A stretch of DNA of 64,000 nt, taken from assembly GCF_006345805.1 (NCBI RefSeq), contig NC_042998.1, forward strand, positions 64,170,001 to 64,234,000, written 5' to 3'. The notes below the pieces were generated by a model that saw only the letters and a list, made by a program, of their open reading frames with translations, was not told where the DNA came from and ran no database searches. Numbering within the stretch: the stretch's first letter is position 1; every line of letters begins with the position of its first letter. The translations under genes and the position numbers were made by a program. The DNA comes from Octopus sinensis. Its lineage: Eukaryota. This document shows, in pieces, positions 42,800 through 56,730 of this stretch.

Positions 42800-45120
42800 A
42801 TTTGTGAACAAATTATTTGCAGAGTTATTAAAATAAGATGGGAAAAGAGGTAAGGTCAAAGTGAACAATAAGGAGGAATTATGGTGAGGAAACATAATGG
42901 CTTGTATTAGAATACGGTGACAATAATGGCTTAAACATTCAAAGTATAATACAAGTGCTACCATCAATATTAACACACCTCTGAAGCATCAGTTTTCTCG
43001 GGCATCAATATTAGCTTCCTGCGAAGCAGTATCTGAAATTATGGTGGTTGAAGGGAAAATTCTGAACAACAAAAAGAAACCAAATCAGTGAAACAACAGT
43101 GCATTTTCTTGATAGAATCTATTTGGCTGGAGTATTCGTTTAAGGAAACAACGCATTTCATTTAGGTGGATGAGCGTATGAGAATCAATCAGTGAAGTCG
43201 GACGGAGTACCTGAACGAAACTCTGGCAATCAAGTGATACAGTGTACTCTCCGTTATGCAGATATAAATTTATATGCGTTATCTGACGATTAATGACCAA
43301 CGATAAACTAGTATGACAAAAAGATAGATAGGTGGAACTGATAGTTCCACATACTCCAGATCACATGTTCCTACCACAGCAAGTGGCGTAATTCAAAATA
43401 AAGGACTGGATGTTAAGAGCACGGATATAAAACGTGCTTTCTTGACACAAAGGCAACGAAACCTGGACAAGAATTGATGGTCGACTTTAGAAAAGCTGAT
43501 ATGCATATGATGTAAACCAATATGGATGTATTGGCTCGTTATGCGCTACGAGTCATGGTAATGTCGCATTGCGCATGTAGAAAAATATTACAGGACCATA
43601 TTGGTGCAAGTCAAGACACATTGCTTCTATAAAAATAGCATAATAACCTACTTGGAAGTCCTCTCACTTTCTTTATTTTCTGCACTTTCCCTTTACGGAG
43701 GCGGTCACAGAAATAGGAATAACCATTTGATCAAATAGGCTAATGTCCAAGAAAACAAACTAGGGAAGTATCAGTTGCAGCCTTGAAGGCACATCATAAG
43801 GATTAATTCTTTCTGCTTGGGAGATCAAAATGTACTCCAAATTGTCTTCTGACGATAAAGATGTTGTGAAGAGCTAAATGCCTAGTGTCATCCAAAGAAT
43901 ATTTTATTAAAACAAATGAATAATTGTTACAGGGTGAGATATATTGAATATCCTACATTTTCTGAAGGGCAGCATGTGCCACAATTTATTCGTTTTGTTA
44001 ACCGAGGACAAAGTGACAATCAGAGGTCACTTACAGGGTCACACGCCTGCCGATATAATAGTACCATATTACTATGTATGTGGTGTCAAAATGGTCTCAA
44101 TAAAGACAACAAAGACGGGTTTGACACCTGGATAGCGCTCCCGTTTGTAACACAAAATCGATAGCAGGTTATTACTGACAACGTTTGATGATATTCATTC
44201 CCTTGAGTTCTCTACGGACATAAAATTCTTCATGAGACCACGATAATAGAAAACGATGATCCAGGAATTCTGATCCACGAAATGTGAATTACGGAAAGGC
44301 ATTACGCTTTATCGTTCAGGGAAGGAAACAAAACAGCTACAAGTGTGGAGGTTAATGATATATATGTTCGAAGCTTGCAGCGAGTCATTCTAGCGTAACA
44401 TCGAAAGCGAGGGAAGATAAAAATCACTTTATTCTAGTCTCACAGAACTGATCAATAAAGGGAGGGAACCTGCGAGCGGGTGGTGTCAGAAAAGGAAGAA
44501 TGAGTAGTATACAGGCGTTGCACAATATGTAGGACGGAAGAAAAAAACTTAAACTGATTGAAAGAAAGGTCACACAACTAGAAAATGCAAACCAAAAGTC
44601 AGAAGATACCCTCTTCCTATACGAACCTGGATTTAAGAGTTTTCTAGAAACCAAAATACAAGAACAAAACAAAAGACGTAAGTAAATGTATAGTGTAAAA
44701 TAAAATTTGCATTGCAATGATAAGAAAGAGTTTCCGACACTCAAGTTCCAAGACTTTTCCTGGGTTGAATATCATACGTGGTTATAAACCCAGAACACGA
44801 CCTGGTCCTTTCTGAGTTATGATTGCGACCAGATATGTCATCTATGAAGTTCCCGCAGAGAGAATGCATTATATGATCATCAATTATTTTCTTGAAAACT
44901 TTCGGCCCGTATTTATCAGTAAACTCAGGGCATCTACAAACAGGACCGTAGATATTGTCTCACTCTGCCGTAATATCCTTATCAAGCATCTGCCATTTGC
45001 TAAGCTTCGTATTCAGCGAATAGACGAGCGATGTTACTTGATTATTACAACTGATTCTCTGTAGTACTCCAATAGACTTTGAAGCTGGTGGTGGAATAAA
45101 GCTGGAATGCCTGATGACAT
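42800..45120 (+). mobile_element. Possible very old retroelement remnant
   Basis: Microsatellite-free, coding-like composition; LMVDFRKAD at ~43473 resembles the RT motif DF.KAFD; nothing else is convincing. Confidence 0.3.
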
Positions 45121-46793
45121 CTAATCATCGTATATCTAATCATATTATTCTTCTGAAATGATTTCTAGTTGTTCTTCTTAATTGGATATATACTTAAAAA
45201 AAGTCAAGAATTATCTATAAGAATTATCTCTACTTACTCTTTCGGAACGCACGTGCCACTCAAATTGACCAGTAGATGTGTTGAAAAATATTGTCTCAAA
45301 CAAACTGCTCAGATCATACTGAATTTTCTTCAGGATATTTTAAGAGTCACTCAGACTCTAGAAATTTGCTGAAGAAAATTTGTTTCCAATTTTTTTTCTT
45401 GGATGTTTCTACAAAATTTTGTTTATCCTCAGCAGCAGATGATAGTTTATTTTTATTTTTTGAGTCATACGTGTTCAGATAGAATGTTTGTGGAATTGAT
45501 CCTGTCTGATCTTTGGATACCACTGCTCTGACTTCGCAACGTCTTAGAGAATGATGTCTGCTATGCAGTAAGATGAAAGGGATCAGTGTGTTGAGTGTTG
45601 GCAATTGGAAACACCATCTCCACATAATATGATTTTGTTTTGTGTGTTGCTGAGCACTGTGCCACATTGCTCCACATATTTGCCTTAGTCGTTGGATTTA
45701 CGAAGGAAATAGCAGAAAAGTGGTAGGAGATATTCAAAATGATCTCATTCTTTCGTCTCTCTTTGTGGACTTTCCTACTATTTCTGACCAAGGAAATTAA
45801 CACAGAATTTTCTATAATTCGGAATTCGGTTTGTTTAAAGATTTGCTTTTTCATTTTCGTCTTAATCTTGTATATTTTTTTCCAGATGCTGAGCTATTTT
45901 TTCAGTTCTATAGTCTTACCATGCCCACTATAAAAATATCATAATTCTCATGTACGGAACTCAGGATTTTTTAGATGATAAGGCTAGCAAACTCATGAAA
46001 GGAGATTTTCGCTATCTTCCACCGGTAGCAAATTCAGTCGTAGCTTCTTGTCGAAGGAATCAGAAACACAGCACGAATTATGCTGTGGGAAGAATTACTA
46101 AAAGGTCTTTAGTATCGTAGCTTTCTCTCTGACTTTTGTGCACGTTGCCTTGTCAAATAGTTAAAATAAAGTTAAAAATACATTATTAAGTACTTGGCAG
46201 AATCAGCTGATTTGCATTGAACGATATTCATCTTACATACACACACACGCACACACACACAAGAGCACGGATATACATATATAAACCCTATATCTCTCGC
46301 TCTCAGTGTGTGGCACATGCACACACGCACACACACACACACACACATACACACCCGCAGACTCAAGTGCATGTATGTGCATATATGGGAGTCTCCATCT
46401 GTTTCTCTATGAATAAAGAATTGTGCTAGAGCTCCCCTTTCATCAAAATTTAAATGAATAGATTTTTTGCAATTCATTTAAATGTGGAAGTTGTATAATA
46501 TAGATCAGCCTAAATATAGAGAATAACAAAGATAAAAGAAGCCCCCCCCCCTCCTAAAAAAACAGGTATTGAAATTATTTGTGTAAAATTTCTAATACAG
46601 AAACCTAAGAAAAATAGTTAATTCAACGGCGTGGAGAATGTGAGAATATATTAATCTTTAACACCTGGTTTGCGGGTAGTTCAATTGTAAGCCTAAAAGA
46701 GGATTTCCTTTTAGGCTTTCAAATCAATTGGAATTTCACAATGGCAGTGCTATGAGGGATATATACACACACATACACACATACATACATACA

Positions 46794-46866
<73 letters not shown>

Positions 46867-47177
46867 CTGTGTGTGTATATATATTTAGATGTAGACACGC
46901 ACATACATTTATATATGTATACATGTGTATGTATTCTAATTGTGGGTTTGTGCGTGTGCATGAAAGAACTTTCATGTGTATATAGAATATATACATTGAA
47001 TTTATTATAATTTTGAAAAGAACTTTAAGGACACGTAAATGATTGTATGTGTATGAAGTTTATATATATATGAATGTGTGCATGTATCTAATCCCGCAAA
47101 TAGCCATTCACACACATACACACACATACACACACACATATGTATATATGTGTGTATATATATATATATTATATATA

Positions 47178-47228
<51 letters not shown>

Positions 47229-48859
47229 TATATATATATATATATATACATATCTATACATATATGTATATATCTATGTATATATGTATCAAGGTAATAA
47301 TGAAGACACTGGCACGCGCGCACACACACACAGAAACATACACACATACATATATTTATGTAAGCATTATCTCGTTCTCAAGAATGTACCAAACGGCAGA
47401 CATGGTTTAATGATTGCCGACTTCAAATGGTCAAAGCAACAAAACCATATCCTCTTGAATTAGGATTTGAACCTGAAACACTCTTCTTAATAACATTTTC
47501 AGAAACGTTGTATGCAACGCGGATAACAAAAACATTAAAGAATCCCTACCAACACCATCACTACCACATATACTCTATCTCTACCAAACATACTCTTATA
47601 AACATACATTCACAGATGCATACAAATACACCCACATACGCATATGTATATACTTTCTGACTTCATGCTAATGTCGACATATATCTAATGTTCTGGTCAG
47701 TTTATATTATTGTTATTATAAATTACGTGATGTAAAGGAAGTTATTAAGCAAGTCTGATACCCATACGTAATTATTTTCGTTTGATATCTGTAGCCAAGG
47801 GTTGTGTGACTCGATGTAATAGTTTAAGACAGCTAAGTAGAAAATTAAAAGTGAAATAAGTACATTATGTAGACGTAAGCCTTATTTGTTATTCCGTGTC
47901 TTTGTAACGCAAATTTAAAACTTCTTTAGAGTTAGTTTATAAAATGATTTTTAAACAGAAATGTCTTTCATCCAGGGTGTTATTTTCCCGTCAGTATTTT
48001 AGCAATCAATCCATATTCAATTTATATATTCGGTTTTCAATAATATGTTTCTTTTGCAATAACCGTTCTTACATCTTTAAATGACTTTCAGGCATACTTC
48101 ATTGTCGTCTGGTTAAATATTATTTAATGATAGTATCTTACAGATAAGAAATCAGTCCTTTGAAAATAATAGATATCAGAGATACTTATGTAAATCACTT
48201 ATTGCAAGTAATGCTTTGTGTCCCGGTTTTCTTTTGTATTTTGCCTTGCTTTAGGTTGTAATATAGGCATCTTTTCCAGGTAGATTTCTTCATAAAATGA
48301 TTTAATGATGTTGCTCCGGTTTTGCGTTGACCGTAATCGTAGTTTAACCGAGTATATTATCGATTACTAGATCTTTGTTTTCTCTGAAATAGATATATTT
48401 CAAAAGGTTGGTTTAAAGAGATCAAATTTCGAAAATAATACAGACCGTTCTGATGTCTGATACATGGAATTACTGTATTGTATGAGCGATTTGAATGTTG
48501 CTTTAAATCATTCGTTTTTTGGTAATGAAAGAACAGGGGACTACGAGTATTCCTCAATTTTAAAGAAGGATCTTCATATTACAGCGTGAGATAAACTATC
48601 GCTTTACATATCTCGCATTTGTTTAGGTTGTGCGCGACATTTAACCTAGAAACAATTTTGCAATTACTTTTCGATACTGCGATTTACGACCTCGCAAAAA
48701 GTCGATTTTGAATGACTTTCTGGTTTCAGTGGAAAAGCGTACAAAATAGAAAGGAATCTGAAAAATTGGAACTTGAAGATTCTGATCAGTCTTATAATTG
48801 ATTTTCAAAATCTAGAGATTTTTATTACATAGGATCTCTCTCTCTTTCTCTCTCTCTCC

Positions 48860-48946
<87 letters not shown>

Positions 48947-48963
48947 ATATATATATATATAAT

Positions 48964-49047
<84 letters not shown>

Positions 49048-49098
49048 GATGAGAGTAAAAAAAAAACAAAGTTTGCTTTAGAAGCGTTGAGATCTACT

Positions 49099-49398
49099 GA
49101 AAGATGCAGAAATAATTTTATTCTCAAACGCATGATACTGCTAATACAATAGCATGACCAGAATAAAGTACCCATATATTGCAGATAAAATATTTACCGG
49201 CCAGCAATGAGACACGAACGTACTTCCTTGTGATTACGCGTTAAAGCACTTCACGCATAACCAGAGGGATGTGAGTTCGAGTCTCATGGCTGGCCGGTAG
49301 CGCTTTCTTTTTCTGCAATATAGTGATAGTCTATCCCATTCATGCTATAGTATTATCATTATCATACGTCTGAGAATATATTACTTCTGTAACTTTCA
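49099..49398. repeat. Diverged head-to-head inverted repeat with tRNA-like B-box
   Basis: TACCGGCCAGCAATGAGACACGAAC mirrors GTTCGAGTCTCATGGCTGGCCGGTA; arms ~140 bp. Confidence 0.75.
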
Positions 49399-49751
49399 AA
49401 ATATATATATATATATAAGAGACCTCAATATTATGTAAATAGAGGTGACCTTCAGTATAGGTAAATATTTCTTAGCATTGATAGACACACATTTTCCTGT
49501 TAACCATACTTATAGGAAGCTCTTCAACAAACACAATTTAAAAATTAGCTTTATTTCAACTACTAATTTCAAAAATATAATCGCACATAACACACAAAAT
49601 CCACGACAAGAAAACAGCTAATCATGCAGGAATAAAAAATTGTGCCGCTAAATGGAGCTTGCATGTCCGAGATCATCATCTATGAAGCTACCGTGGACTC
49701 TATAACCACTAAAGTCACCGTTTTGACGAGGAAATACAATAACCACACCTT

Positions 49752-49811
<60 letters not shown>

Positions 49812-49866
49812 CACAACACACACACACACTCACACACACAAACATATATATATATATACGTATATG

Positions 49867-49903
<37 letters not shown>

Positions 49904-49948
49904 GTATACGTATATGTATATATACGTATATATATATATGTATGTATG

Positions 49949-50038
<90 letters not shown>

Positions 50039-50040
50039 TA

Positions 50041-50075
<35 letters not shown>

Positions 50076-50135
50076 CCATATTCATTTGAATTCACTGGAA
50101 TTCACTTAAATCTTAATTGTTTTTGCTGAGAATAT

Positions 50136-50177
<42 letters not shown>

Positions 50178-50503
50178 ATCCAAACAAGAAAGCAAAAACA
50201 AAAAAAAACAACAACGCAAGGACGTGGAACAAATAAAGTATTATTGGACGCTTAGGAAAGAAGGAAAAAGGAGGGTCTGACGTTTCGAGTGGAGCTCTAC
50301 GTCGGAAACATAGGAGAAGGAAAGATCCCGAGAAGGGAAGACAGGGGGAAAAATAGCTAGTGTTACAGACGAGACGTATATGTATATATACGTATATATA
50401 TACACATATATATATATATACGTATATATACATATACGTCTCGTCTGTAACACTAGCTATTTTTCCCCCTGTCTTCCCTTCTCGGGATCTTTCCTTCTCC
50501 TAT

Positions 50504-50539
50504 GGTTCCGACGAAGAGCTCCACTCGAAACGTTAGACC
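50504..50539 (+). ncRNA. Variant minimal hammerhead-like motif (inverted twin at 50274-50310)
   Basis: ggtt CCGACGAA gag(ctcca)ctc GAAACGTT agacc; core has U4->C; the twin ends GAAACGTC. Confidence 0.5.
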
Positions 50540-50654
50540 CTCCTTTTTCCCTTCTTTCCTGAGCGTCCAATAATACTTTATTTGTTCCACGTCCTTGCGT
50601 TGTTGTTTTTTTTTTGTTTTTGCTTTCTTGTTTGGATTAACTATATATATATAT

Positions 50655-51164
50655 ATATTCTCAGCAAAAACAATTAAGATTTAAGTGAATTCCAGTGAAT
50701 TCAAATGAATATGGTACTTAACGTAGATGCACCAAAATTGTTTACGGTATTAACCATAAAAAATGTGGGGTGATTATAACCAAGAAAAAAGAGTTGTGAA
50801 ATGAACCGCTGTGTGATCAACAGCTTTCCTCATATCTCGGGAAATTATAACTGCAATTTTATGGATCGATTCACCTTCTCTGGGAAGTTAACAATCTTTT
50901 TAAAAACTTTTCTATAAAACTGTGCATCATTAGAAAGCAATTTGAGTTTGCTTATAATTTGACTTTATATTTCATAGACCTCACTCCTAATACTTCATGA
51001 GGATAGACACACTCTCTAAGTTGTCTGGAAAACATATATGTGATTTAGCTGATGAATACTGGACATTTGTATTTGCTGCAATACTTGCAATTTAAATAAA
51101 AGTGTTCTTGGTATGAAACAATTGTACTAAACTACTAATCCATTCTTGTTGCTTTCTTCTTGGT

Positions 51165-51165
<1 letters not shown>
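50655..51165 (+). mobile_element. ~510-bp non-coding hammerhead element (family H1)
   Basis: Both ends are homologous to 755-1336; flanked by (TA)n; intact hammerhead near its 3' end. Confidence 0.75.
51044..51131 (+). ncRNA. Type I hammerhead ribozyme, canonical core
   Basis: tttag CTGATGA atact...ggtat GAAA caatt GTA^ ctaaa; palindromic stem III ACAATTGT; predicted cleavage after 51126. Confidence 0.85.
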
Positions 51166-51195
<30 letters not shown>

Positions 51196-52217
51196 ATCTA
51201 TCTATCTATCTATCTATCAAGGTGTGGTTATTGAACCTGGTTTTGAATTACCCTCTGTAAAGCTCCTGTATTTCCTCGTCAAAACGGTGTCTCTAGTGGT
51301 TATACGGTCCACGGTAGCTTCATAGATGATGGTCTCGGATATATATATATATAATATACATAATTCAATATGCATGTATGAGAATATTTAAGTATATGTA
51401 AATGCATGCTTATATGTGTGCACTGTATACATAGAAAGAAAGGAAGGAAAAAAGAGGGGAAAACAGAGAGAGAGAGAGGAGAGAGAGAGCGAGAGAGGAT
51501 GTAGCATAGAATGTGAGAGCGATGAGTAGGAAGAGGGAAAAAACCTAAAAATTATCTGCCTTCTTAAAATCAGCCATGATATCTAGGATTTAAATTGTTC
51601 TCAAAAACTTAAATTAATTTATAAACATCTATAAATATAGAACTGTATTATCTAATAAGTTGTTTCATGCGCTAGATATTCCTAAATTTTCCCTACTATT
51701 AAAAGCTAAAGGAAACTGTAGACAATAGGCTAGAATGAAGTATTGAAACCGAATCTTACATACAGGTGCAACTCCTCTATATTCTTAATCATAACCGACA
51801 CTTCAAACTTGCGAGATATTATATGAATGTGTACATGAACTTTAAATAATTTGGAAGATTGGAGAAAAAACTTTAAATAATTTGGAAGACTGGAGAAAAG
51901 TACTGAAATGGATAGTTTAAGAGGTGTTCAGAAAATGTCGAAGTGTTAATTTTCACTTATTCTTAAAGTCCATTCCAGAGTTTTCAACGAGTTGTCTTTT
52001 GCTTATCCCATATCCGACGTGTCACAATATCCATCCATCCATCCAACATCCGACTTTCCATCCATATATAAACACATACATGTGTATATATATATGTGTG
52101 TGTGTGTGTCTATGTGTGTCTATATGTATTATTATATGTACATGTGAATGCAGATATATGAAACATATATAGATAGATTATATATGTATGCGTGTGTGTA
52201 TATCTATGTATATATCA

Positions 52218-52283
<66 letters not shown>

Positions 52284-52285
52284 AT

Positions 52286-53062
52286 AAAATCTCGCAGGGA
52301 TGAAATGCCGGTTATGAATAAGAATATAAGGTGTTGGACCTGTATGTAAAATTCGGTTTCCACACTCCATCTAGCATATTGTCTACAGTGATTTTGCATT
52401 TTATTAGATCGGCAAGCTTAGGAATACCAAAGTGCAGGTGACTGACTGGATGGATCCTGAGGACGTTCAGAACCAAAGAGAAAAAAAAAACCACGAGGCT
52501 CCTCTGGAGGACGATGGTCCTTACCCACCTGGATTACTGCTCCCAGGTATTGTCACCCAACAGTGTAAAATTAACAGCGGACCTTGAAGCAATCCATCGA
52601 AGCTTCACAAAGTAGATCGTCTCATTGCAACAGCTCAGCTACTGGGAAACGCTGGAACAGCTAAGACTCTACTCTCTGGAGCGAAGATGGTAGAGGTATG
52701 CAATAATATACATCTGGAAGATCCCGGAAGGTATTGTAAAATATGTTGGCATTGAAAGCTACACAAATGAGAGGACGTTTCGCCACTGCACAGTGCCAAT
52801 TATCGCAGCAATGCCATTGCGCTTCAGGACCAGTTACTACAGCAGCCCGGGTTTCAGCTTTTTAATATTCCCCCACAGAGCCTGATATAGGCGTTTTCAA
52901 ATAAAAACTGGACCTCTTCCTGTCGAGAATCCCAGATGAACCTAGATTGCGGCAAGAGGTGCAAATGGGGGTAACGACCTCAAACACCTTTATTCACCAA
53001 ATTCCATATATTAGATTAGGATCTCAATGCCCCAGCAAGGCCACAGCTTTGAGCTAAAATTA
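52286..53062 (+). mobile_element. Second 3' fragment of the CR1/L2-group LINE
   Basis: Colinear with 22070-23001 (GGATGGATCCT.AG.AC.TTCA, CCTGGATTACTGCTCCCA, GAATCCCAGATGAACCTA). Confidence 0.85.
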
Positions 53063-53117
53063 TAATATATATATATATACACTCACACACACACATACAC
53101 TCACACACACACACACA

Positions 53118-53219
<102 letters not shown>

Positions 53220-54055
53220 TATATAAATCTATACATACATACTCGAAAGAGTAAAGCATATTAAAGGAAATAAATATAGTTATTCTGATGAAAAATATAT
53301 TCTTAGAAAACTTCTATAAGATGAAGTGAGTATAAACAAAATTATTGAAGCAATACTGAAATCCATAGCAATTTAATTTTGTAGAACTCCTACACATACG
53401 ATGTATTCAGTATTTCCTTTAATTGGTGTTCAAAGAAGAGGAGTTTTGGGACTTCCAACTCGCGAACATTCTACAAATGACTGCCCACGAGAGAAGCAAG
53501 GAGAACAACGTTGTGTGATTGTGCTTGGGATTTGTTTGTAGACATAGCAAATCTTAGCTTCACTGGGAACTGGAACCGTTCAAATTCACAGAGGTGAGAT
53601 GGGATTAATGGGATACGTGGAATGAAGACATTCTCACACTTATATTTCCCAAGAGAAATGAATTTTGGCGGAATAAGCCTCTTGTTTCATTAGCACAGTG
53701 AAAAAAGCGCTTTTCTTTACTTTAAGAAAGAAGAGGTGGTGTTGTATACATTTGACGGAGAATTATTCAATATCATGTTTGCTTCTATCAGAATCGTTTA
53801 CCTTTAAAGCGAAAACAAAAAAACGACGTATAAGACAAGTATGTAAGACATTTCTGTTTTTGAAAAAGAAGTTAATAATCAAGTGGCCTCCACCCTGTTG
53901 AGCATTCCCCGAATAATGTAAACCTCAATGCTAAATTTGCTACAGATTGATCCAGCCGTTTGGTCGTGCATAGAGAAAACACACACACACACTTACACAA
54001 ACACACGCACGGATAATTTTAAATATATAGATATTCATACACACACACACAAACA

Positions 54056-54119
<64 letters not shown>

Positions 54120-54242
54120 TAAACATTGTAAATCGGCGTATCATAAAATGTAAAGTTGGGGACAATGGTGAGATAGTAGAAGAGCTACCGTGGCGAACAA
54201 GAGGCTTAGCGTCGTTTTGTCCGTATATACGTTCGGAGTTCA

Positions 54243-54244
<2 letters not shown>

Positions 54245-54326
<82 letters not shown>

Positions 54327-54897
54327 GCATACATACACACTCACCTACATGCTTATCTAACATATGTGAATATGTGTTTTTACTTTACAGTTGATGTTTA
54401 TAGACATTTTTGAAATAGATGTCAAAACAGTCATTGAAATTTTTTTTTTTCAATTATTGTTTTCACTTTAAAGATATAAAACATTACGTGACCAACTGAT
54501 TTCACACTATTATCATTTAGACTACAAATATGTATTTATATGCTTTTCTCAGAAGTAACAATGAATATCACTTTTTCATTGTCTAATATTTTCACACTCG
54601 TTAAAGCTTCCAATATATATTACATGGATTTCATGGAAGAAGTATTGAACATCAAATTTACTAAATTGATATATAGACACTCATACATACACGTACACAT
54701 ACTAACACACACATGCACACATTCAAGCACACACACACACACTTACACAAACACACGCACGGATAATTTTAAATATATAGATATTCATACACACACACAC
54801 AACACACACACACACACACACAACCCTCCAACACACACACACACACACAACACACACACACACACAACCCTCCAACACACACACACACACACACACA

Positions 54898-54959
<62 letters not shown>

Positions 54960-55395
54960 GCATACATACACACTCACCTACATGCTTATCTAACATATGT
55001 GAATATGTGTTTTTACTTTACAGTTGATGTTTATAGACATTTTTGAAATAGATGTCAAAACAGTCATTGAAATTTTTTTTTTTCAATTATTGTTTTCACT
55101 TTAAAGATATAAAACATTACGTGACCAACTGATTTCACACTATTATCATTTAGACTACAAATATGTATTTATATGCTTTTCTCAGAAGTAACAATGAATA
55201 TCACTTTTTCATTGTCTAATATTTTCACACTCGTTAAAGCTTCCAATATATATTACATGGATTTCATGGAAGAAGTATTGAACATCAAATTTACTAAATT
55301 GATATATAGACACTCATACATACACGTACACATACTAACACACACATGCACACACACATGCACACATTCAAGCACACACACACACACAACCCTCC

Positions 55396-55457
<62 letters not shown>

Positions 55458-55460
55458 CAT
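54245..55460. repeat. Tandem duplication, period ~633 bp
   Basis: 54324 CATGCATACATACACACTCACC... recurs at 54957; the ~400-bp unique part looks identical. Confidence 0.9.
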
Positions 55461-55558
55461 TCACTCATACACGGAGAAACACACAAATGCACGTACACAC
55501 GCACATGGACACACACACACCGACACACACATGGACACATGCATATGTAAGTGTGTAC

Positions 55559-55600
<42 letters not shown>

Positions 55601-55740
55601 TATATATATACAATGAAAATTTAAATGGAAGCCGCTTTGATACACAAACAAGTTATTAAAAGCGGCAATTCAACACACGGAAAATTCGAACATAAATGAT
55701 GTTGCGATTATTATTGTACAATGGTTTATTTAGTTCTTAA

Positions 55741-56340
55741 TGTAGCTTGCCTACCAACCACGTGGCTCCGGGTTCAGTCCCACTGCGTGGCACCTTGGGC
55801 AAGTGTCTTCTGTTATAGCCTCGGTCCGACCAAATCTTTGTGAGTGGATTTGGTAGACGGAAACTGAAAGAAGCCCATCGTAAATATGTATATGTATATG
55901 TATATATATATGTATATATATATGTATATCACGTGATCACGTGACCGACCAGACCATCAGATGTTGTTACACATCGCTGGTCACAATGCTTTCGCATTGT
56001 TTTAGCCTTCGAATGATGCCACCCCGCTGGCTAAGCGAGCAGGCCATATATGTATTTATGTATATATATATGTATATATGTATATATATATATGTGTGCG
56101 TGTGTGTGTGTGCGTGTGTGTATGTGTGTTTGTGCGTCTGAGTTTGTCCCCCAACATCGCTTGTCAACCGATGCTGGTGTGTTTACGTCACCGTAACCTA
56201 GCGTTTCTGCAAAAGAGAGTGATAGCATAAGTACTAAGCTTACAAAGAATAAGTCCAGGGGTTGATTTCCTTGACTAAATGATGTGCTCCAGCATGGCCG
56301 CAGTCAAATGACTGAAACAAGTAAAAGAGAGAGAGAGAGT
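55741..56340 (+). mobile_element. SINE family A with a ~115-bp RTE-tail-like insert (55929-56045) in its (TA)n
   Basis: Head and tail match 551/1800; the insert shares its terminus with 1449-1510. Confidence 0.8.
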
Positions 56341-56530
56341 AAATTGATATTATTAATAAACCGAAAGTCTTACAGACGCTGAATCAAAGGGATAAATTCT
56401 TTAGCATTTGTAACATTAATAAATTAACGTGCGTGATCAGCAATCTGTATGTGCTCTCCCTACATACAAAGAAACACACTCACGCTCTATTTGCTATAAT
56501 TTCGATTAAATTATTCGCACGTAAACATTC

Positions 56531-56730
56531 TGGTTTTAAATTTTGGCACACAGTTAGCAATTTCGGGGGATTGTGTAAATAGATTACATCGACTTCCAGC
56601 GTTCAACTTGTACTCATTTTATCGACCTTGAAAGGATGAAAGGCAAAGACAGACCTCAGCAGAATTTGAACTCCTAACACGTATATACGGACAAAACGAC
56701 GCTAAGCATCTTGCTCGCCTCGGTAACTCT
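56531..56730 (-). mobile_element. SINE family B
   Basis: TTTATCGACCTTGAAAGGATGAAAGGCAAAG.C.GACCTC.GCAGAATTTGAACTC. Confidence 0.75.

Larger units (their letters stand above)
49666..51340. repeat. Compound inverted duplication centred near 50405
   Basis: 49666-49755 / 51214-51340, 50077-50133 / 50655-50715 and 50173-50378 / 50436-50643 are reverse-complement pairs with mirrored microsatellites. Confidence 0.85.

Noticed and set aside
49440-49535. TTGAAGA...GAAATATTTA on the minus strand as a hammerhead
   Set aside because: The core deviates and stems I and II do not pair convincingly
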